This document shows positions 37,301-49,398 of a stretch of 64,000 bases of DNA, piece by piece. The notes below the pieces were generated by a model. It made no database searches, was not told the DNA's origin, and was given only the letters and a program-made list of their open reading frames with translations. Position numbers and translations under genes: made by a program. Source of the DNA: Lepidodermella squamata (lineage: Eukaryota; Animalia; Gastrotricha). The stretch's first letter is position 1, and every line of letters begins with the position of its first letter. Location: assembly GCA_047495785.1 (NCBI GenBank), contig JBLDXI010000013.1, positions 2,666,001 to 2,730,000 on the forward strand. The letters are read 5' to 3'.

Positions 37301-40300
37301 TGGGTATTTCTTCTACGAACTGCTGTATTCATCGATCACATCTCTGATTAACCTCCTTAATTCGCTGACTTTCGAACATTATCTCGTTAGAAGGCGGTTG
37401 AAGCGGCAAATCGAAATTCAAAAGATATGCAGCCGCCGGCAGGGTATTGTGCCGGGTGAAGTGACGCGATCTCGAGGTCACCGGAAGCAGGGCTCGACAG
37501 CGTCGGCAATTTCTGTCGGAAGTGCATTGGTAACAAGCGGGCCAGTCCCAGCTCTTACCGTGCCAGCTATCTCCGTCCGACAAGCGCTGTCAGCAATGCC
37601 TAGTGACCCGACCTTCACGACTTTCATTCCCGAAGAACTAACCGAGGAAGAGGAAGTCAAGGAACGAGAGGAAATCGAAACCGAGTTGAGAAATCACTCG
37701 TTAGCCTATCGCTTAACCCGAGCTGTTTTCGACCTGTTTCTCGCGAAAACCGAATACGTCTGCTATTTCTTGATGGTTTTGACGTTTTTGCTCGAGGGTA
37801 GCATTTTGAGCCTGCCGTTACCGTTATTCGCCTTCTCGTGGGGTATGTTAGCCATTCCATCGCCGGGTCATCGATTTTGGATCACGGTCATGACCTACGA
37901 AATGTTGGTTGTTGTGGTCAAGTTCATCTTCCAATTCCCGCTGGGCTACGACGAGCCGACTGCGATGCCAACTGCCCGTTTGAATGCTAATGAATCACCC
38001 TGGACATCTTTCGCTGACGTTTCAAAGCTATTCGGAGTGAATAAACGCAACAATTTCGCGCTGTTGGATATCTTACTCTTGGTCTCACTTTTCCTTCACC
38101 GATTCATGCTCAAGCGTTACGGTCTGTGGAAGCCGGCCGAGCTACCCCATCAGCAGGTTAACAGCGCCGAACAGCCAGCTAGTCCATCCGGGCAAAACGC
38201 GGCGTCGAAAGCGTTGATTCCGAAATCTATGTCTGCGAAAAAACCGTCGACCAGCACGAAACTTGAGACAAGTGCTGCGAATAGAACAGCACCGCAAATT
38301 TCAGTCACTTCAATCGACAGCGGCGATCAATCCGGGTTGATCGATGCGACACTTGGTGAAACAACTGATGTTGGCTATATCGATGCTGATATCGAGTCTG
38401 ACGCTGTCTTAGACACGTCTGACGGCGGTTGTTGCTCTGAAATTTGCTACAGGATAAAGTTGATTCCATCGCTGGTCGTCATGTTTTACTCGCAGCTGAC
38501 CAACCCGACCGACCGGTCACCACGCGATCTTTACGCCTTCATTTTCGCCGCTGATTTCTGCGCGCTGTTGACTACTGTTTTCGCCTACGACAAGTTCGGT
38601 CCATCGAGTTACAAAGCCCAAGCCGTGTTAGATCTCCTGCAAAGTGACGCTGTGCCGATTCCTTTTGTCATTTTGCTTCTCGTCCAGTTTTCGTTCCTTC
38701 TCATTGATCGAGCGTTGTACATCCGGAAACAAGCTGTTGGCAAATTGATTTTCCAAATTTTACTGTTAATTTTGGTCCACGTTATCACGCTCTTCATTCT
38801 ACCGCTGCCGACTGTGACGAACATCCCATTTTCGCAAAACGCGGCTGTTCAGGTGTGGTATTTCTTCAAATGCGCCTATTTCGCGTTTTCCGCCTACCAA
38901 ATCAAGTTCGGCTATCCGCAACACGTTTCCACCCACTTTTTGACCAGGCAATACAACTATTTGATGTGGCTGCTGTTGAAAGGCTTCATGGTCATACCTT
39001 TCTTACTCGAGTTGCGGACTATCATGGACTGGGTTTTCACCCGAACAACGCTGGGTTGGCGGTATTGGTTGATCACAGATTTGTGTTACTACGAAATTTT
39101 CTCCATCAAATGCGAACGGCGAATGGAAGAGAAATACCCGACAACCAGAGGCACACCAAGGGCTTGGATGTACAAAATTCACGGCTTGCTATTCTTAGCT
39201 GGGATTGTGTTCATTCTCTGGTTCCCGTTCTTGCTGTTCTCGTTCGGCGATTTGATGGTCATGCCAGCGGATCTGACCCACGTCAGGCTTGATCTCAAGC
39301 TATCAGGCACGACCCAGCCGATCTTTTCGTACGGGGTTGATACAGAAGCTGGCGGGTTGTATCGAATGAGCGAGAAGCAGTTCGAAAAACTGGACTACTG
39401 CTTCAAACAACGAAATCAACAGCTGCAATACACAGCGAACGACATTTGGATTGCCCGGATATCGTCCGACTCGCAAACACTGTGGACACTCTCGCCACCA
39501 GCCTACCAGTCGTTGGAGGAGAGTTTGGCTAATGAAAATCTGCGCAACATGTCCATCACGGCGCAGTTCGTTGTCAGTCGCAAGACGCCGAAATCGTCGC
39601 GGAATGTGCCATTATTGCCAAGTTTCAAGGTGCAGAATATCATGTCGAACTCGACTCGCAAGTCACTGCTGCGGCTGCTGATGTTGAGCCCGAACAGGAC
39701 TACGGTCACATTCTCGCATCTTATTCCGCAATACGTCATTGTCGACAGATCAGGCCAAATGGAGGCGTTCCAGTTGCCAAATTGTCAAATCGTAAGCATT
39801 TTTCAAACATTTCTATCCTAATATGAGCAACAGAATTTGCGAATTTTTACTCAAATTCGTATTGGAATGGAAGTGAAATTCTGGATGTTGTGGAGTCATA
39901 GCCCATCTTTCATGATTTAAGATTTTGAATAGGTATTAACCCTATTTTTGAAATTTCAGGCGCAAAGATCGACTTATTTCAACGCATCGATGTCGCTGAT
40001 CACTCGCAGTCCTGATGAGCGGTGGTGGGCAACTCACCTTGAGAAGAAAGCTACCTCCTGCGACTGTCCTGAACTGAAGTTGAAAACCGGCAATGAGACA
40101 GAAATTATGGTAGTCTCAGCGCCGGTCAAGGCTGAAGTGCTATCGCTTCTCGACCGCCTTGGCACTTCGATTATCGGTGTCTACTCCGCCGTGGTACTCG
40201 TCGTCCATCGTTTGCTTCGGTCCTCGCTCATCGAAGGCGCCAACTACCGAGTCATGTTCACGGAGTTGCCGCGTTGTGAGCGCGTCTGGCGGTTGCTCAA

Positions 40301-40427
40301 CGAAATCTACATCGTAAGACAGTTCGGCGAGTGGCAGTTGGAGGAAGAACTGGTAGCGCGGTTAATATTCCTCTACCGCAGCCCGCAGACGATGATTGAT
40401 CAAACACGGCATGTCGGCTTGATGTGA
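31327..40427 (+). CDS. Piezo: Piezo mechanosensitive ion channel; probably extended upstream by exon 30303-30511
   Basis: N-terminal LPLCLLAACIFRFN; RLFLPDL; YFVNYGFYKFGLEI; NPVHDFI; LLIDRALYIRK; YQIKFGYP; PFLLELRTIMDW; ILWFPFLLFS; IIGVYSAVVLVV; EEELVARLIFLYRSP. Confidence 0.97.
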
Positions 40428-40616
40428 ATCGAATGAAATTTTTGTTGCGTTGTTTGAAAGATTCTTGAAAAAAGAAAATATTTCACGATCGTTATGTGCC
40501 TCAACAACTTTTTGTGAATTATATTGCACTCGGTGTAGAAGCGCACGCATGATTTTTTGAAAATGCCACATATAATCTTGACATTAGAAAATGATATTGT
40601 ACCATATCTTACTTAA

Positions 40617-40890
40617 TTACTCCAAGCTCTTTCCTGGCGAGTACAGCTCCTCTATATTTGAAAATAGGTTCCAAATACGCATTACTGCAACAAGCTTATT
40701 CCGCTCGCTTATATTCTCTTTACGTAATTTTTCGTCGGCTAGCGGCTCGCAATTTTCAACCTTATAGCGCTTTAAAAAGCTCTTGATGCTGTGATGTTAG
40801 ATTGGCGGAGGATTCGAGTTGGTTGCATGTCCAGTTTGATCTTTTTAGCGGCATCACGTTAGAGTATTTGCGGTTTGCGCTTCGTCATTC
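40617..40890 (-). pseudogene. Degenerate transposase remnant, piggyBac-like
   Basis: Minus-strand RNKLVAVMRIWNLFSNIEELYSPGKSL* resembles the piggyBac segment preceding the first catalytic Asp (DKLA.IR.IWDLF...YTPG..LTIDE); upstream frame broken by stops and a frameshift. Confidence 0.3.
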
Positions 40891-41597
40891 ACTACTGTTG
40901 ATTAATTCAGTTCAACTTAATCATGGAAAAAACAATAATTTTTTTGCTCTCTTCGAACCTATCCAACCCGAGTGCCTCGATTGCTTACTTGAAGCGCCAC
41001 ACATGTATTAATATTACTTTTCTACGATGTTGAAAAATAATTTGATTTTTTATGTAACTCGTCTAAAATACAAATCATGCTAATTTTTGAAAAGTTGCCC
41101 ATGCTGTTCGACACACGAATGAACGATCTGATTTTCAAATCAGTGTCCCGCTATTACGTGTATCCATGATGTTCCTCTGCGTCAGACATTCAAAAAATGC
41201 CGAAACGAGTGTGCATTGTCAGTCCTTGTAAATATTATAGCAATCGTGAGGTGGCGCTCGTTTCCTATTTATATACTTTTGCAACTTCATGATGAAATAA
41301 TTGACACGCGCCTTGAATTATTGGTTGAAATTGTGACTTCTAACTTACAGCTTTGCGTCTGTAATTGTTGCACTTCATCAACCTGTCTGATTTACGGGCA
41401 TCTGATGCCGGTTGCAGATGCTAATAATGATATTATGTACACTTTTTAATAAAGAGGATCAGCGTTAACTTGACTCGGTTTTATTTAAGCAAAACTGGTA
41501 TAAAAACGGTTCGAGACATAACATACGAACTACAAAATTGCAACCAGACTTTATTCATGATTCGTTTGAAAATCAGAAAAAGACAGCCTAGAATCGA

Positions 41598-43471
41598 TTA
41601 AGCTTTTAACTGGCTGCGCAGGACACTGGTGCCACGATTAACGTGGAACGCTTGGTGATGCCGGTCGAGACCTTCGAAACTTTGGAACATTTTGTTACAA
41701 TCAAGGCATCGTATGAATATCGGTCCGTCGATTCTGATTTGAGGCGACGCGGTTTCTCGAGAAGTCGACGGCTGATCGGCGTCAACCTCTGGTGCTGGGC
41801 TTTCAGCCTCCTGCGGCAACATAGAGTCTGGCACCTCGCCACGCGCGTGTTTCCGCTCGTGATCGATTCGCCCATAAATAGTGAAAAACAGCTTGCCGCA
41901 ATAACGGCACTGGGTGTCGGGAATAGATTCGTCGCGCGGGATATTGTCAAGTTTTTCTTTCCTGCGCCGGCCACGACCCTCATCCACAGGCTCAATCCAG
42001 GGGTCAACCAACATGTCGATATCGATATCCATCTCTCGACCGAGATCTTCATCCATATCGCTGTCATAAAACACAACTGTAAATAAAATTTGCAAGGCAA
42101 ATTGCTCAACTCACCCGCATTCCTCTCGATGTTTCAAATATGAAGCTTCAAGGTAGTAACTCTTATTGCAGGTGGGGCACTCGTAAAGCACTGTGTCGTC
42201 CATGTCTCGAAGTTCTTTTTCGATCAGCTCATTGTAGAGAGCAGGATGCGACAGTTTGTAATGCAATTTGAATTGCTTTTTCGACGGCTGGATTCTCTGG
42301 CAACTAGGTACCAAGCAGCGGTAAACAACTGATGGCGGTTTAAGCGCTTTCAATTTCGCTTTTAGTTGCTCTTTCGTGATGAAAGGGTGCGCTTGTTTGT
42401 AATGCCGACGCAAACTATCCCGCTGCTCATAGGATAACGGGCACAAGTCGCATTTGTTCATCTGCGGCTTCGGTTCCGGCCGTTTTCGACCTGTTTTTGG
42501 CTCGTCTTTCTTTTCCACAACGCACATAGCCCGTTGTAGTAAGGGTTCGAAAATTTTCTTCGCAATATGGCCATTCAAACGATTACGCTTTTCAGGCATA
42601 TCATTCGAATCATCACTCATCATTCGAGCTCTTTCTTCCGCCTCCCTTTTCGCTTCTTTCTTGGCCTCCAGTTTAGCTTTACACTGACCTCTGGAAAGAT
42701 GATCGCGCAAACCTGACATCTGAAATTGACAATGTTAACTCGAAATTATACAAAACCTTCCCGACAAACCTTAACGTAAACATATTTGCAATGAGGGCAT
42801 CGAAATTTGCGACCGCCAGTTGTGTGCATCTGTCTAACGTGCGCTTTCAACGAATAAATGTTGAAATAAACCCGGCGACAGTGGTGACATTCGTACACTT
42901 TCTTGCACTGATCCATCGCAAAATCGCCACCGCTTCCAATTATGCTTGTTGGACCATTGGGATAAACGGGCCGAAATTCTATGTCATCCCGATTTTTCCA
43001 TTTCCTACTGGAGCTGGCTTCCAAACTACTGAGAGGCCGCACAGAAGTGGGCACTTCGCCAGAGAGAGCCATTTGATTGCTAACAACAAAGGGAATAGTT
43101 ACAGGTCCTTTCCGTAGCTCTGCTGACAACTGCCGTGGGACGTTGACAGGAGTCTCAACGGTGACCGTCATCTCTTCAGTGACAACTTTTCCTTGAAAGG
43201 CTGCTGAAACCGCCGAGGTCGGCTCAACTTGCTGAGCGGAGCTTTCGATTTCTGGAAGGTCCGCAACACCCTCTATGTCTGAAAATAGGGCTAAAGCATT
43301 AGCAGATGATTTGGCTTTCTTCGTAGATTTTCCTCCAATGGAAGTCTTCTTCGCATTTTTCCTCACAGATAGCTTAGCACTTGCATCACTGATAGGCTGT
43401 GGATCCTGAATAGCCGCCGTCGCTTCTTCAGCTTCCAACTGATCTGGCTGAACTTTCCGCTTTCTGCCCAT
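41598..43471 (-). CDS. C2H2/C2HC zinc-finger protein with 7 dispersed fingers, 3 coding exons
   Basis: YECHHC..HVRQMH, FRCPHC..HLSRGQC, KCDLC..HYKQAH, CLVPSC..HYKLSH, YECPTC..HREEC, QCRYC..HERKH, RCLDC..HHQAFH. Confidence 0.88.
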
Positions 43472-43853
43472 CGTATTAAAATCCTAATAAAAGAATTCGC
43501 TTAAAATTTGTTTTCCAAAACACGACTTGAAACATGTGAGGGTGAACACTTATCTTGCAACATGCAAAGCGAATTCTTATTGCCAAGTACACTTTTCAAA
43601 TACATATAATAAAGCAATGATTTGCAGCATTCTGAAAACGCACTACTAACAACCAGAGGAAACCTGCTTTTCCCCTGCTTTTGCTCGCACTCTCCATAGC
43701 TCGCACACATTCTCCGCGGCCGCCCCCTTTTTGAAAATGAATTCCTCGATCTTCATCGCAATTATTATTTACAATTTCAACAAAATTTATTGAAATTAAA
43801 ATAATAATTTTATACATTTATTTAAATACTATCAGTGCTTATTTTTTGCCGCG

Positions 43854-44157
43854 CGCGAATTTCGAGTTTTCGAAAGTTTCCAGTCAGAAGTTTTCGAGTT
43901 CCGCCACGTTCGACCCATGCAGCTTTGTCGATGTTGTGGCGATGGCGATGGTCGATGGCGAATACATATATTATATTATGTTATGCCCAAATTTTAGCGT
44001 TGCTATATTATTTTGTTGAGCATTTAACATTTGCACGCGCTTGGGAAGTTTTTCGTGATTCAAATCGCTCGATGAAGTGGAACGAGAAATCAAGACGGGG
44101 ATTAGCTGCCGTTGCGGCGTTCTGTCTTGAATGCGCCAATGGCACTCGAAATTTGTG
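43854..44157 (+). repeat. Left copy of a 304-bp direct repeat flanking the LINE (apparent target-site duplication)
   Basis: Reads identical to 45811-45926 plus 47601-47788. Confidence 0.92.
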
Positions 44158-45810
44158 GATGCTACCACAGTGTTGTACACGGTCCTCGCTAGTTGGCTAG
44201 AGAGACACCCCCGTGCCTATGCCACCTTCATCGACTTTACCTCTGCATTCGACAAAATCGACAGGGAACTGCTATTCCGGAAATTGGAAAGACGTGGAAT
44301 CCCGTCGCGACTTGTTACGCTCCTTAGGGACATGTACTGCGAAACAAAGGCTGTTGTTTCAGTTGGCGAAAAACTGTCTGCCGAATTCGTAACATCAGAA
44401 GGCGTGAAACAAGGCGACCCGCTGTCACCCCTCCTGTTTTGTATATATATTGATGACCTAGAAGACTCGCTGAAAATCCCTGGAGTACCGGGTTTGCCTC
44501 TGGCAGAAAAGAGTGTTAGGTGTATCTTATTTGCGGACGACGTTGTGCTGATCTCGGCTTGGCGACACGAGATGGAGGGATATCTACTTCGACTCAAAAA
44601 CTATGAGCGAGAAAACTCGATTGCGGTGAACAAGAATAAGACAAAATATATGATATTCGGTGAGGAAGAAGAAGGAAATGTCCCTCTCACATTCGACGGT
44701 GAAAATCTTGAAAAAGTTGAACATTTCAAATACCTGGGCATTTGGCTTTCAAGAGATTTGTCATTCAAAGAAGCCCTGAAACAAGCGCGACTGAGAATCG
44801 CGCGAACTGCCGGGATGTTGCCGAAAATTTTCGATAAATTTGACAAGCTCCCCATCGAGAGCATTCGTACCTTGTATCGCGGTGTTGTACTGGCAACGGG
44901 CCTCTACGGCGCGGAGCTCTGGGGCCTTGACCGCCAACGGGCCCTCGAGCCGATACCGTGGCGCTTAATAAAGAGGGCTCTCGACTTACCGACCTGCTCA
45001 AGCCACCGACTCCTAGCTAGAGAGATCTGGATGCCCGACCCTAACAACGAAAGGCGCATGGCAGCAATTCGGTACTATTGGCGTATGAAAGAGGCAAAAA
45101 TCGGTACGCTCCTGTACTCGGCATACGAAACGCAAAAATACATGAAACCGACGATGAAGAACAAAGTTGACCGTGTGGAAAAAGAAATGGTTAAAATCCA
45201 CCTCCCGGGCATACTGAAAGCAAACGTGGACAGCAAAACTGCAAAGGCCGTCGTCCGACAAAGATATGAGGCCCTGAGCCGCGAAACGAACGCGAAAAAC
45301 CTAGGTAGCCGACCATGGTCGATCAACCCAAGAACAAGTGGCATTTCGTACGCCGAGAAGTATTTTGCGAAATTGGGGCGTGAAATGGGTCGAATCCTAC
45401 TTTTGATTAGATGTGACGCGCTATTCGGCAATTCGGTTTACGTTAGTAATCAATGCAAGCTCTGTTCGTCACCTACGCCGGCTTCCTCTTGGCGACTTCT
45501 AGACCACCTCACTTCAAATTGTACCGCCATCGACGCATCGCTCAGACTGAGCCAAGCTCAGATAGACAAGCTACTATTCGCCGGTGCAGAAAATCGAAGC
45601 AGCGAAACGCTGAAAAAAATTGATGAGATTGTAAAAATTTATTATCATTAAAAGGTTTACTTGTCGGTGTATGAATTAAAAAATGAATACAAAACGTCGC
45701 TTTAAGATTTATTAATTTCTGTTTCCTGTTTTTTTTCCCTTCTATGTGCTTTTAAAAATATTACTGACTGGCTGACGAAAACTAATAAATAAATCAATCA
45801 ATCAATCAAT
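44158..45810 (+). mobile_element. 5'-truncated non-LTR retrotransposon (probably RTE/RTEX or a related APE-type clade); RT ORF to 45651, 3' UTR and (TCAA)n tail
   Basis: FIDFTSAFDKIDR, GVKQGDPLSPLLFCIYIDDL, ILFADD, FKYLG, LYGAELWG, C-terminal CKLC..H....C; tail AATAAATAAATCAATCAATCAATCAAT at 45784-45810; element begins inside the RT domain. Confidence 0.93.
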
Positions 45811-47788
45811 CGCGAATTTCGAGTTTTCGAAAGTTTCCAGTCAGAAGTTTTCGAGTTCCGCCACGTTCGACCCATGCAGCTTTGTCGATGTTGTGGCGAT
45901 GGCGATGGTCGATGGCGAATACATATGAGCCGCGACAAGTGAAAACCGTAGCTTACGCACTTGTGAGAAATTTTCACCAGAACGCAAAGAAGGCTTGATA
46001 GGTGAATTTTGTCAAAATCGACTTTTCATCATTTTCTAGTGCAGTTTTTCATGAGGAATCGGCTGGTGCAATCCGATTTTTTCTGCGATGCATAGTTTTT
46101 AAGCTATAACCCAGAAATGCGAGTGCGTCAAAAAACATGAAATTTACGCATTTTTCCCAGTTTTTGTGGTAAATTTGGGGTGCGCGTAAAACTTTTTACC
46201 ATTACATTTTTCGAGCGAGAACACTATATTCATTTCAAAGCTTGTTACTTGTAGTATTTTTAGACATAAAAACCGCCCAAAAATTCGCAACTTGACCTTT
46301 GACGTTAACGCGCGGAATGCGGATGACTCATAAAATCATCATACCGAATTTTGAGTTCGATTTTTTCATCATATCTAAATGATCAATGTAGCTTTTGATG
46401 ATCTGCCATCATATCTATGAATAGGGCTAGGTTCCTGTGGCATGGGTAAATACTGAATTTGAAGGAAGAGGGTAAATCGCCGTTGAAATCAAGATTAAAT
46501 CATAGGATGAATTTCATGAAAGAATACTGTTTTCTTTGTTTTCCCATTAATTTTCCGAATTTCCCCGTGAAATTACTGCAGCTAGAGTAGAGCCGAGCAG
46601 CCTAGCTAGCATTGAAATTAATTATATCTGGGACACGACATAGCCCCGAGGCTTATGTCAACAAAATTTGATCACTTTTCGAGCATAAAATCTTCAATTT
46701 TTAATTTTTGGGACCTCTCGCAAAGTTATTCAACGAGCCATTATTGTAGCATGATTTTTGAAGTCAAGCTGCTAAAGCTATGAAACACAACAAGCTCAAA
46801 ACCATTGTTGATTGTGAGAAGAGGGATCGTCGATTTAACGGAAACTATCAAATTAGGCCATTGGCACTTATCCAAGCTAATCATTTCGGCTGGGCCTGTT
46901 GCAGATACTTTATTCGTATCCTTATTTTATCGTACCCTGATTGCAGAACAGCTATAAAATGCCTGCCTTACACATTAAAATCTGTGAAAAATAAGCAGTG
47001 TGTCGGTGGATGCCGATTGCGATGAAAAAACTTATGCAACGTGAGTGGATGTTTTGAGGACCGCTGTTAAGTCTGAAACTCAAATTGCGTCTGTGGTATG
47101 CTGCTTATTGGTTATAACGGCTGTAGCCATATAAAAAGGCGAGCCTTTCAGCTCGTCGCAATTGGCGGTTTCGTTGGCTTAAAAACAGAGAAGCATGAAC
47201 AGTGGGGAATTACGAAAATGAGTGCTTTGCAAAAAAGAGTTAGATTAAGGTAGATCGGCAGGGCTTAGGTCCATAATAATGCAAAATTCAGAATCTACGA
47301 CTCAAACTGCCCTAGTTGGCCATTAAAACCACAAAATGAGGCGTTTTGTCAATGCATTTTGCAAAGGTTTCATAAAATTTTGTCACTATTAAATGTGTTG
47401 TTTTAGTTTTTTGCTTCTCCTGAAAAATTGCAATTTTAATGTGCGCGCACTCAATTGCTAATATCTTGAGAACGGTAGCAGATATTAAAAAATGGGTTCC
47501 AGATTTGGAATGGGCGCGAAAAACTGCATTAGACCATGCAATGAACTCGGATTTGAAAAAAAATTCGTAAGCTACGGTTTTCACTTGTCGCGGCTCATAT
47601 ATTATATTATGTTATGCCCAAATTTTAGCGTTGCTATATTATTTTGTTGAGCATTTAACATTTGCACGCGCTTGGGAAGTTTTTCGTGATTCAAATCGCT
47701 CGATGAAGTGGAACGAGAAATCAAGACGGGGATTAGCTGCCGTTGCGGCGTTCTGTCTTGAATGCGCCAATGGCACTCGAAATTTGTG
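45811..47788 (+). repeat. Right copy of the 304-bp repeat, split into 45811-45926 and 47601-47788 by a DNA transposon
   Basis: 116 bp plus 188 bp match the left copy. Confidence 0.9.
45927..47596. mobile_element. Non-autonomous TIR DNA transposon, 1670 bp, 31-bp perfect TIRs, ATAT (or TA) duplication; Sola-like termini
   Basis: GAGCCGCGACAAGTGAAAACCGTAGCTTACG at 45927-45957 and its reverse complement at 47566-47596; empty site visible near 43966; no transposase ORF. Confidence 0.92.
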
Positions 47789-48528
47789 ATCCACATTCGC
47801 CGCAATCAGTATCGGTGACTGATCCAAGGCGTGGTGAATTAAGGTGTACGCAGTTCAAGTTGCGGTCTACCGTGGCGATCTCTTCGCCTAATTTGCCAGA
47901 TCATTTTTTTTACGTTCTGACTGCCTTCCTTTCATCTGAAAGAAATTCAGCATTTTGGGGTATCATTCACCAGCCCTCCAGAGTTGACGCATGACTTAGC
48001 CTCGAAACAAATTAAATTTTGAGTGGCGAATGACATAGTTGGGTGGGTACATGTCGGTTTCAGAAAACCTAAGCAAAAAATTCGGTTTTGTGCAAAAGTG
48101 ACGCAGCGGACGAAGCCTTTAATCACGTTCAATGACAGGTTTATGGCAAGGAAACGCTTCGAGAATTAGCACATACATTCGTGATATTTTGGAAATTTAC
48201 AGCGTCAAAACTATGATGGCTGAGATTATGGGGTTTGAAAATTCGGAAAAAGCACGACAATTTAGGAAAAGTCATGGTGGCTTTCATATCAAAATGACCA
48301 ATCTCAGTGCGGAAATTAACGCGCTGAAAATTACGCTCTGTAGTGGTGTCTCTGGGTAAAAAAATGAAATACAACTCGATAGATCGCAAATATCCCTCGA
48401 TTTCTCGCTTCTTTTATTTGGTTCTCATCGGGATCATTATCAATTAAGCCTCATTGCGATCAACAATTCTTCTGCCGATTTTCTGCCATCTCAACTCCGC
48501 GGGTCGTCTCGATCGCCGGATATCTATT

Positions 48529-49398
48529 TTACTGTGTGAACACGTAGTATCCACTTGGCACCTCTTTGACAGATGGGCTGCATTCTTCGTTGCGGATGCA
48601 GTTTCCTCTGGAAGGTGAGTAGGCCCAAGCCTGGCACTTTGCGCCATCCTTCCCACACAACCTCGCACAATCGGTGAACGTCTCGACGTTACTTTCGGCA
48701 TATGTAGTCCCGCAGATGGCATTAGTCAGCCTGTACCGAGCCAAAACTGGAAATAATAAAATTATGGCTTTTCACATTTCCATTTGACCCTATCCCAGCT
48801 ATTAATACCCATTTTATTCCTGATCTGAGGCGTGCTCGAGGAATTTAACATTTTTAAATGCTTACAAGGCACTGGGAAAAAATCGCCCGGTGGCTTTTTC
48901 ATGTTTTCTTGCGCGGCTTCAATGGATTCTTACCCCTCATTCCCCTCCCCTCCTTCCTATTCCCCGTACGCTTATTCCACTATGCGGAAACCAAAGCATG
49001 CGTGAATTAAATACCATTTCCCATTCAACGTAATATAATGCTAATATTCCAAGTTCAAGCTTTCAGCCTACCGATGTCCTTGGCCTGGGTTATGTAGCCT
49101 GGGTAAGCAGGCGGTCCCCAGGGGTCGCATTTGGATGCCAGGATGCAGTAGGTTGAAGATTGGTCGTAGATGAAGCCCTTGCAATTTGAGCCGGCTAGAG
49201 TACACCCCAGCTTGCATTCTTCAATGTTGTCGTACCGCCGAGAAGCATAGATCGGGGAGCAATTTTTACTGCTTGAAAAATAATCGTCCTCAGCCCCTGT
49301 TTCAAAGTATACATATTGTAAATTATCAAAACATCGTTGTGCTTCGAGTTACCGACGACTGCGAAAACGGCTAAGACTACAACCACACGTGTGATCAT
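48529..49398 (-). CDS. Secreted 162-aa protein with two tandem six-Cys PAN/apple-like domains; exons 49398-49353, 49296-49072, 48746-48529
   Basis: Signal peptide MITRVVVVLAVFAVVG; both domains C-x14-C-x3-C-x6-C-x11-C-x5-C; phase-1 junctions; TATA-like TATAAG near 49500. Confidence 0.85.

Noticed and set aside
43854-47788. LTR retrotransposon interpretation of the 304-bp direct repeats
   Set aside because: No TG...CA ends, PBS or PPT; the RT is non-LTR type and has its own simple-repeat tail before the second copy.
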